Shown here in pieces: positions 11,933-18,671 of a stretch of DNA of 44,101 nucleotides. The DNA is from an uncultured Rhodospirillaceae bacterium (GTDB lineage: Bacteria > Pseudomonadota > Alphaproteobacteria > Rhodospirillales > Casp-alpha2), in contig CAJWVP010000001.1 in the NCBI GenBank assembly GCA_913048145.1, positions 1-44,101 of the forward strand. The letters are read 5' to 3'. The notes under the pieces were generated by a model. That model saw only the letters and a list, made by a program, of their open reading frames with translations, was not told the origin of the DNA and did no database searches. Positions within the stretch are counted from its first letter, which is position 1. Each line of letters begins with the position of its first letter. The position numbers were made by a program, and so were the translations under genes.

Positions 11933-12172
11933 GTGTCACTTACCCTCGGCTTTGCGGTCTACGTCGTCATATGGTGGCTGACCCTGTTCATGGTCCTGCC
12001 CTGGGGCATCTCGCCGATCAATCCGGACGACTTGCTACCCGGAGAAGACCCGGGCGCGCCGGCAAAACCGCAGCTTCTGAAGAAGTTCATCATCACCACG
12101 GGTGTATCGCTGGTGTTCTTCGTGATCTTCTATTTCGTCTACGAAAGCGGTGTCATCTCATTTCGCGAATAG
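11933..12172 (+). CDS. small DUF1467-family membrane protein
   Basis: 79 aa with two hydrophobic helices (VYVVIWWLTLFMVLPWG and VSLVFFVIFYFVY). GTG start preceded by GGGGAGGGGA. It occupies the usual alphaproteobacterial position after the epimerase gene. Confidence 0.6.
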   Translation: MSLTLGFAVYVVIWWLTLFMVLPWGISPINPDDLLPGEDPGAPAKPQLLKKFIITTGVSLVFFVIFYFVYESGVISFRE

Positions 12173-12933
12173 ATCAGCCGGCATCTGCTGATCAATCCAG
12201 GCTTCGAGAAGCATCCGGTCTTCGTCGTTGACCACGTGCGTCGCCGCCCCTGGTGCCTTCACGTAGTTTTCTCGGTCCGGCTTGGGGAAGGAACCGCCCG
12301 GACACCCCAACAACCCGCAGACCGATGCCATGACGTTTTCGTAGTCGTCACGCAGAGCCTCATAGGCGATCAGGTGCACGTGCGTATGGCTTTCAGCCAG
12401 CGCCCGCCAACCCCGAAGGTGGGCGCAAACATTTTTTCAGCCTGCGCCATCTGTTAGCGCAACAAACGCCCCGCTGGTGGCGCCTTGCGCAAAGGTCACA
12501 ACATTCCCCTCCACTGGTCCGTCCGGCCAGGGCCAGCCCTGAATGAAGGTCCAGAAACTCGCCATCACGGGACCAGGTCGACGGTAGATATAAAACAAGC
12601 GCGCTTGGTCAACGACGTCACCGATGATTGGGGCGAAGAAGGCCGCGTCATGGTGGGACTTGATAACATTCGCGGTGTGATGCGCGGCCAGCGCGCGAAG
12701 CACGTCGGCCAACGTTTCCGCGTGATGGAAGTTGATGTTCACGTCCGCGTGGTCGAGATCCAGGTAAGGTGACACCCCGTATAGCCGCATACCTCTGCGA
12801 TGGCGTTCATCAGGAAATGGTTGCCAGACCGCTCGTGCCCGACAACCACAGCTAGAGGCCGAGGCCCTCCGAATTGGGCGATATTGACGGAAATTCTCAT
12901 CCGCTCAGCCTGCCGCAGCACCGACCCTGACAC
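12158..12933 (-). pseudogene. sulfotransferase-family gene disrupted by one frameshift and one in-frame TGA
   Basis: Three consecutive minus-strand ORF pieces together read like one sulfotransferase. Piece 1 carries a PAPS 5'-phosphosulfate loop (VVVGHERSGNHFLMNAI). Piece 2 carries IKSHH and the 3'-phosphate motif YIYRRPGPVMASFW. Piece 3 carries the C-terminal IAYEALRDDYENVMASVCGLLG. Pieces 1 and 2 are in different frames, with the shift somewhere in about 12741-12805. Pieces 2 and 3 share a frame but are separated by TGA at 12437-12439. The first ATG is at 12900. Confidence 0.6.
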
Positions 12934-12946
12934 AAGGCGACTAAGT

Positions 12947-13033
12947 AAATTTCGCCTCTAGATCTATTTCTTCCCATGGCTTTACCTTTTCTTAAATCCT
13001 CCACGCTTAGTTTTGATTCTGAAAATTTCGCCT
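12947..13033. repeat. exact 11-bp direct repeat AAATTTCGCCT (12947-12957 and 13023-13033)
   Basis: Read directly from the sequence. The two copies start 76 bp apart and lie in the AT-rich stretch just upstream of the sulfotransferase remnant. Confidence 0.9.
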
Positions 13034-13249
13034 TCCACAGAAAGTGGACAATAAAATGAAAATACATGCCGACGCCCGCCAAGGGAGATTCTCACATTTG
13101 CGCTAAGCGATTCTCGCTTCAGGTCCTGGAGCTGAGGCCCACTTGCGCGTCCCGGCGCCGGTCCCGCGTTTTCATGCCGTGATCCCCAACTTGTGGGGTC
13201 TCATGGAGCCGCTTCCACAGCCCCAGACCCAAATCTAGGGCAAACCCCG

Positions 13250-13287
13250 GGCCGCGGTGCATCGCCAAACCTCCTTGCACCGCGGCC
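13250..13287. repeat. perfect 12-bp inverted repeat (GGCCGCGGTGCA / TGCACCGCGGCC) with a 14-nt loop
   Basis: Read directly. The arms are 13250-13261 and 13276-13287. The loop TCGCCAAACCTCCT contains CCTCCT, which is AGGAGG on the minus strand. Confidence 0.9.
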
Positions 13288-13410
13288 ATGGGGGTGAAAG
13301 AGGGAAATCAGATTCGCCAAGTTTTCTCTCAAACTATTAAATTCAATGAGGACGCGCAGGGACATAGTATGGACTTACGCAGCTTCACTTGAGCCACGAT
13401 CCCTTTCCAA

Positions 13411-13439
13411 TTGTCATTGCTGATCGGTTTGCATAGATT
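13411..13439 (+). promoter_or_regulatory. candidate sigma70-type promoter for proS (TTGTCA-N17-TAGATT)
   Basis: -35 TTGTCA at 13411-13416, a 17-nt spacer, and -10 TAGATT at 13434-13439, about 50 nt upstream of the proS ATG. This is a pattern match only. Confidence 0.3.
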
Positions 13440-13488
13440 GCATAAGGAATGCTGACCCGCCGCCGGCGGCCCGGAAATCGAGGCTTTT

Positions 13489-14802
13489 ATGCGTTTATCC
13501 CAATACTTCCTGCCGACCCTAAAGGAGAACCCCGCCGAGGCGGAAATTGTCTCGCACCGTCTCATGTTGCGCGCGGGGATGATCCGTCAGTCCAGCGCCG
13601 GCATCTATTCATGGCTGCCAATGGGCCTCCGGGTTCTGCGGAATATTGAGCAGATTGTCCGTGAGGAACAGAACGCAATCGGCTGCCAGGAAATCCTCAT
13701 GCCGACAATCCAGCCCGCCGACCTGTGGCGCGAAAGCGGCCGTTACGATGACTACGGGCCGGAGATGCTACGCATCAAAGACCGTCACGAGCGCGACATG
13801 CTCTACGGCCCCACCAACGAAGAGCAGATCACCGAGATCTTCGCCGCATCGGCCCGCAGCTATCGTGACCTGCCGAAGCTAATGTACCACATCCAATGGA
13901 AGTTCCGTGACGAGGTGCGACCCCGTTTTGGCGTCATGCGCGGTCGCGAATTCATGATGAAGGATGCGTACTCCTTCGATTTGGACGCGGAAAGCGCGCG
14001 GCAGTCCTATAACAAGATGTTTGTTTCTTATCTACGCACCTATGAACGGATGGGTCTCACCGCCATTCCCATGGCTGCCGACACGGGTCCCATCGGCGGC
14101 GACATGAGCCACGAATTCCTGATCCTTGCGGACACGGGCGAAAGCGAGATCGCCTGCCACAAGGACTTCCTGGACCGCAAGCTTTCGGACACGGACATCG
14201 ATTTCGAGAGCGACCTGCAGCCTATCGTCGACAGTTACACCGGCCAGTACGCGGCCACGGACGAGAAGCGCGAAGCGGACGTCGAAGCGGCATTGGGCGA
14301 CGACCTGGTCACTGCGCGCGGCATTGAGGTCGGCCACATCTTCTATTTCGGCACCAAATACTCAAAGCCACTGGGCGCCCGGGTCACTGACGCCGACGGT
14401 CAAGAGGTGCACGTCGAAATGGGCTCATACGGGATCGGGGTCTCGCGCCTGGCCGGCGCCATCATCGAGGCGTCGCACGACGACGATGGCATTATCTGGC
14501 CCGACAATGTCGCGCCGTTCAAGGCGGGTCTGATTAATCTGAAAACGGGAGATGCCGCCTGCAACGCTGCCTGTGATGGCGCCTACAACGACCTGCGAGA
14601 GAAGGGGAAGGAGATCCTCTATGACGATCGTGAGGCCCGAACCGGAGCGAAATTCGCCGACATGGACCTCATCGGCGTGCCGTGGCAGTTAATAATTGGG
14701 CCCCGGGGACTTAAATCCGGTGTCGTGGAGATGAAGCACCGAGCTAGCGGCGAGCGCCAGGAATTGAGCCTGGAAAGCGCATTGACGCAGATTCTGGTCT
14801 AG
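13489..14802 (+). CDS. proS: proline--tRNA ligase (short alphaproteobacterial type without the editing insertion)
   Basis: 437 aa with class II aaRS motifs ([13 protein letters not shown]..., [35 protein letters not shown]). A GAGG Shine-Dalgarno lies 5 nt upstream of the ATG. Confidence 0.95.
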   Translation: MRLSQYFLPTLKENPAEAEIVSHRLMLRAGMIRQSSAGIYSWLPMGLRVLRNIEQIVREEQNAIGCQEILMPTIQPADLWRESGRYDDYGPEMLRIKDRHERDMLYGPTNEEQITEIFAASARSYRDLPKLMYHIQWKFRDEVRPRFGVMRGREFMMKDAYSFDLDAESARQSYNKMFVSYLRTYERMGLTAIPMAADTGPIGGDMSHEFLILADTGESEIACHKDFLDRKLSDTDIDFESDLQPIVDSYTGQYAATDEKREADVEAALGDDLVTARGIEVGHIFYFGTKYSKPLGARVTDADGQEVHVEMGSYGIGVSRLAGAIIEASHDDDGIIWPDNVAPFKAGLINLKTGDAACNAACDGAYNDLREKGKEILYDDREARTGAKFADMDLIGVPWQLIIGPRGLKSGVVEMKHRASGERQELSLESALTQILV

Positions 14803-14813
14803 GCGGCATTTGA

Positions 14814-16058
14814 ATGTTTTCACGTTTTGAATGGATGGTAGCGCTGCGCTACCTGCGGGCCCGGCGTCAGGAAGGATTCATCTCCGTCATTGCTTGGTTC
14901 TCGCTTCTAGGCATTGCTCTCGGCGTGGCGACACTGATAATCGTCATGTCGGTGATGAACGGCTTCCGCCAGGAACTGCTGACCCGTATTCTGGGCCTGA
15001 ACGGACATTTAAGTGTCTACGGCCAGACCAACGCCATGGCTAATTTCGACGACCTAGCCAAGGAAATCCGCACTATCAAGGGCGTAGTTTCTGTGACGCC
15101 CATGATCGAAGGCCAGGTCATGCTCACGTCCCGCGGCGTCGCCCAGGGTGGCGTGGTCCGCGCGTTCCGGCCTGAAGACCTAGCAAAACGCAATATCATA
15201 TCTTCCAACATCAAGCGGGGCTCCCTGGCCAACTTTAAGGGTAAGAACAACATTGTCATGGGTGAACGCTTGGCAGAGAAGTTAGGTGTGCGCATCGGCG
15301 ACAAGGTGACGCTGATTTCACCCAAGGGCACTGTCACCGCGTTTGGCTCCGTACCCCGGTTGAAGGCCTACAAGCTTGTAGGCACCTTCAACATCGGCAT
15401 GTTCGAATACGACTCCAGTTTCGTCTTTATGCCCTTAGAGGCCGCACAGATTTATTTCCGATTACCAGGCGCGGTCACCAACCTTGAGGTTTTCGGCAAC
15501 AATCCCGAGACGGCGCCCGCGCTTGGCAATGATATCCTGCTGAAACTGGCAGGCAAGGCTCGGGTCCACGATTGGCAACGCGCCAATGCGAGCTTCTTCA
15601 ACGCCATCCAGGTAGAACGCAACGTAATGTTCCTGATCCTGACCCTGATCATCCTGGTGGCGGCCTTCAACATCATTTCCTCCATGATCATGCTGGTGAA
15701 GGACAAGGGTAGGGACATCGCTATCCTACGCACCATGGGCGCAACGCGGGGCATGATCATGCGCGTGTTTTTCCTGGCGGGCGCCAGCGTCGGCATCATC
15801 GGCACCCTCGCGGGTTTCATCCTGGGGCTGTCGTTCACCACCAACATAGAAAGCATCCGCCAGTGGATCCAAGGACTGACCGGCACAGACCTATTTGCCG
15901 CCGAGATCTATTTTCTCTCCCAACTACCCGCCGTGGTCGACCCTGGCGAGGTGGTGACCGTGGTGCTCATGGGCCTAACGCTGTCGTTTCTGGCGACGCT
16001 GTATCCATCATGGCGGGCGGCGCGTCTCGATCCGGCGGAGGCGTTGCGTTATGAATGA
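14814..16058 (+). CDS. lolC: lipoprotein-releasing ABC transporter permease (LolC/LolE family, single copy)
   Basis: 414 aa with MacB/FtsX-type topology and a large periplasmic loop. N-terminus reads FEWMVALRYLRARRQEGF and the C-terminus reads YPSWRAARLDPAEALRYE. It is followed by lolD with an 8-nt overlap. Confidence 0.9.
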   Translation: MFSRFEWMVALRYLRARRQEGFISVIAWFSLLGIALGVATLIIVMSVMNGFRQELLTRILGLNGHLSVYGQTNAMANFDDLAKEIRTIKGVVSVTPMIEGQVMLTSRGVAQGGVVRAFRPEDLAKRNIISSNIKRGSLANFKGKNNIVMGERLAEKLGVRIGDKVTLISPKGTVTAFGSVPRLKAYKLVGTFNIGMFEYDSSFVFMPLEAAQIYFRLPGAVTNLEVFGNNPETAPALGNDILLKLAGKARVHDWQRANASFFNAIQVERNVMFLILTLIILVAAFNIISSMIMLVKDKGRDIAILRTMGATRGMIMRVFFLAGASVGIIGTLAGFILGLSFTTNIESIRQWIQGLTGTDLFAAEIYFLSQLPAVVDPGEVVTVVLMGLTLSFLATLYPSWRAARLDPAEALRYE

Positions 16059-16761
16059 GTGCAATGGCGACGCCATCGCTAGTGGCCAGCCGGTGCTGAC
16101 GCTGCAGGGGATCGAGAGATCTTTTCGCCAGGGCCGCAAGACCTTGAATATTTTGAAGGGCGTCAGCCTGACAGTCCGTACCGGCGAGATCGTCGCTCTA
16201 GTCGGGCCTTCAGGCGCTGGCAAGTCGACACTGCTGCATATTGCTGGGCTTCTGGAAAATACTGATGCCGGCAGCATCACGATTTGCGATGAGGCCTGTG
16301 CGAACTTGGTCGATGACGAGCGAACGTCGGTGCGCCGACGGCATCTGGGTTTCGTCTATCAGTACCATCACCTGTTACCGGAGTTCACGGCGCTAGAAAA
16401 CATCGTGATTCCCCAAATCATTGCCGGACACTGCAAGGGCGACGCGCGCGACCGGGCGCGCGAAATCCTCGCCTGGCTGGGTTTGGCGGAACGCGAAACG
16501 CATCGTCCCGCTCGGCTTTCCGGCGGTGAACAACAGCGCGTCGCGATCGGTCGAGCGATAGCTACGGGGCCCGACCTCCTATTGGCGGATGAGCCCACAG
16601 GAAATTTGGATCCCCACACGGCGGACGAGGTGTTCGACGTGCTTCTCCGTCTTGCCCGCGGCGCCAACCTGGCGGCGGTAATCGCCACCCACAACCCGGG
16701 ACTGGCGTCACGCATGGACCGGATCGCGCGGTTGGAAGACGGGCACCTGATTGAGACCTGA
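16051..16761 (+). CDS. lolD: lipoprotein-releasing ABC transporter ATP-binding protein
   Basis: Walker A (GPSGAGKST), ABC signature (LSGGEQQRVAIGRA) and Walker B (LLLADEPTGNLD) are all present. It is coupled to lolC. Confidence 0.9.
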   Translation: MNECNGDAIASGQPVLTLQGIERSFRQGRKTLNILKGVSLTVRTGEIVALVGPSGAGKSTLLHIAGLLENTDAGSITICDEACANLVDDERTSVRRRHLGFVYQYHHLLPEFTALENIVIPQIIAGHCKGDARDRAREILAWLGLAERETHRPARLSGGEQQRVAIGRAIATGPDLLLADEPTGNLDPHTADEVFDVLLRLARGANLAAVIATHNPGLASRMDRIARLEDGHLIET

Positions 16762-16821
16762 CCGGGTTCCTCAAGAACAATTGGCGCGAACGGTGCAAAG
16801 ACGAGGCCACAAGAAGGCGAA

Positions 16822-17190
16822 TTATCCGGCATCCAACTCGACAGATTGGCCGTGTGGCGTCGCCAAGTAGGCACGCCGCCAGGTTTCCATTCGCTCGTCG
16901 ATGGCAGGCGTGGTTTCCAGACCCTTGCCAACCACCAACGCTTCCAGAGCCCGGAACCAATGATGGTAATAGGTGTCGCCCAGGTCCGCCTCGCCCCGGT
17001 CCTTGGCAGCGGTGATTTCGGTGCTCAGCGCCTCCGTCCATTCGGGCCAGGTAAAATAATCGGCGGCGTGTAGGCGCACGGTCATGGCGAAGACCTGGGC
17101 TTCCCATGGTTCACGGAAGACCGGGCCGTCGTCATCACGAGGCTGGAGAGGCAGGGGCGCCTTGGAGGCTTCAACCGGCGGTGGGGGCAT
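16822..17190 (-). CDS. nitrile hydratase accessory protein (beta-subunit-related activator/chaperone)
   Basis: 122 aa. PVFREPWEAQVFAMTVRL and YYHHWFRALEALVVGKGL resemble the N-terminal half of the beta subunit, as in known NHase accessory proteins. It lies 3 nt downstream of the beta gene. Confidence 0.75.
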   Translation of the reverse strand: MPPPPVEASKAPLPLQPRDDDGPVFREPWEAQVFAMTVRLHAADYFTWPEWTEALSTEITAAKDRGEADLGDTYYHHWFRALEALVVGKGLETTPAIDERMETWRRAYLATPHGQSVELDAG

Positions 17191-17193
17191 GCC

Positions 17194-17850
17194 TTAAACA
17201 GGCTCCAAATGAGGTTCCCAGAGGTCCACATAGACCGGGCCACCGGCAGCCTCCTCGCCCCAAAGCTCATCAGCCTCAAACCGAACGGCGTAGAGGTGAA
17301 CGCCTTCGTGGCGCCCCTGCGCGTTGGCATCAGCAAAGACGTGGACGCCGTGACCGAATTCGATGGTGCCCGTATGATTGCGGGTGTAGCGCGGCGCGCG
17401 CGTGTGGGTGAGGGGATTTTGATTGATGACACGAACCTTGTCACCGGCTGAAAAGCTGGGCTTGAGGTCGGATTGAATGCGGGTCGGGCCGCCGCTGGCG
17501 AGGATTTTACGGGTCGCATCCACGTCCGGGACACGGTAGCCCTCGGCCTTACCTTCGGCAACTCCAGTAAGCAATTCCTCCGCCGTGACCAGACCTTTCT
17601 CCACCAACAGTGTTTCCAACCCAGCGAGCCAGTTCTCATAGTAGGTGTTGGAGAGATAATCCACCGGGTGTTGGCGTTCTCGGGCATAACGACCCTCGTC
17701 GATATTCCACTGGCCAAGCATGCCACAGGTCAAGGTCAGCGCGAAGGTGCGGCGTTCCCAGTCCCCGTGGAACACGGGCTCTTCCGCTTCCGATTCGGGA
17801 TTGATTGGGCCAAGTCCATGCTGGCCGCCCAGGTCATGGGGCCCGTTCAC
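17194..17850 (-). CDS. nthB: nitrile hydratase beta subunit
   Basis: 218 aa starting [16 protein letters not shown] with [15 protein letters not shown], the canonical NHase beta N-terminus. The GTG start overlaps the alpha-subunit TGA (GTGA). Confidence 0.9.
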   Translation of the reverse strand: MNGPHDLGGQHGLGPINPESEAEEPVFHGDWERRTFALTLTCGMLGQWNIDEGRYARERQHPVDYLSNTYYENWLAGLETLLVEKGLVTAEELLTGVAEGKAEGYRVPDVDATRKILASGGPTRIQSDLKPSFSAGDKVRVINQNPLTHTRAPRYTRNHTGTIEFGHGVHVFADANAQGRHEGVHLYAVRFEADELWGEEAAGGPVYVDLWEPHLEPV

Positions 17851-18467
17851 AAGACAGTCTCCGGCGATTTAGCTTCCTCAACCCCGATCATGGAATTGCG
17901 GGTGACCAGGGCTCGGAGTTGGTCCTCACTCCACCCTTCGGTCCCGGCCGGCCGTTCGGGAATTACCAAGTAACGCATTTCGGACGTTGAATCCCAAACC
18001 CGGATCTCCTTGTCGTCGGCGACGGTGGTGCCAAACTCGGCCAGCGCGCCGCGGGGATCCTGGACGACCTTCGATCGGTAGGGGGCCGATTTGTACCAAA
18101 CCGGCGGCAGGCCCAGCACGGTCCACGGATAACACGAACACAGCGTGCAGACGACCACGTTGTGGACGTCGGGCGTGTTCTCGACGGCCATGATGTGCTC
18201 ACCCTGTCGGCCCTTGTAGCCGAATTCCTGGTCAATAACGGCAGAGCAATCTTCCTTGATGAGGGCCATGAATTCCGGATTGACCCAGGCACGGGCCACC
18301 ACCTTGGCACCGTTCTGGGGGCCGACCTTGTGCTCGTAGGTTTCAATCACCACGTCGAGGGCAGCAGTATCCACCAGTCCTTTCTCCACCAACAGGCTTT
18401 CAAGGGCCTTCACTCGGAGCGTCAAGTCATCAGGAGGGTCGGTGTGATCATGGCCGTCGTGGGGCAT
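17847..18467 (-). CDS. nthA: nitrile hydratase alpha subunit, cobalt type
   Basis: The metal-binding motif [10 protein letters not shown] is present; CTLCSC is encoded at 18132-18149. Thr and Tyr at these positions are the cobalt-type signature. I chose the ATG at 18467 because GGAGA lies 6 nt upstream; the ORF track starts 14 codons earlier at 18509. Confidence 0.9.
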   Translation of the reverse strand: MPHDGHDHTDPPDDLTLRVKALESLLVEKGLVDTAALDVVIETYEHKVGPQNGAKVVARAWVNPEFMALIKEDCSAVIDQEFGYKGRQGEHIMAVENTPDVHNVVVCTLCSCYPWTVLGLPPVWYKSAPYRSKVVQDPRGALAEFGTTVADDKEIRVWDSTSEMRYLVIPERPAGTEGWSEDQLRALVTRNSMIGVEEAKSPETVL

Positions 18468-18671
18468 GGCGGTCTCCGATTCGGAAGTATTTTTGTACGA
18501 TGAAAGCATGACACAAGGGTCGGGCGGGCGGCAACAGCCAAGGCGCTGCCATCCGGTAAAACAGTTTTTACAAGCTTTATCACAGAGTTATCCACGCCCA
18601 TTGCCGCAATTGTGGAAAGCGCTGCCAATCAAGCGTTTCAACGACGTCGAGGGTATGGAATTCTTCTCTCC

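Noticed and set aside
12437-12439. The in-frame TGA in the sulfotransferase-like gene as a selenocysteine or programmed read-through codon
   Set aside because: The position is not a catalytic Cys-type site, I see no SECIS-like hairpin immediately downstream, and the same gene also carries a frameshift. Decay or sequencing error is the simpler explanation.
12897-13082. 61-codon minus-strand ORF upstream of the sulfotransferase remnant
   Set aside because: It lies in the AT-rich spacer, has odd composition (MAGVGMYFHFIVHFLWKAKF...GRCCGRLSG) and no Shine-Dalgarno. It is more likely promoter or leader DNA.
13119-13140. CAGGTCCTGGAGCTGAGGCC, resembling the SRP (4.5S) RNA domain IV core CAGGUCCGGAAGGAAGCAGCC
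   Set aside because: The match is superficial. The GGAA tetraloop and the symmetric-loop nucleotides are missing, and no complementary 5'/3' helix flanks it.
13145-13172. Terminator-like GC hairpin followed by TTTT on the plus strand, suggesting a small RNA ending here
   Set aside because: The stem is only 4+2 bp with a bulge, the T run is only 4 nt, and I could not find a convincing upstream promoter. This is too weak to call.
16368-17726. Long alternative-frame ORFs over lolD and the nitrile hydratase genes (16368-16931, 16562-17107, 17082-17726)
   Set aside because: They overlap well-supported genes either out of frame or antisense. Their Arg/Pro/Ser-rich composition is typical of off-frame translation, and no independent signals support them.
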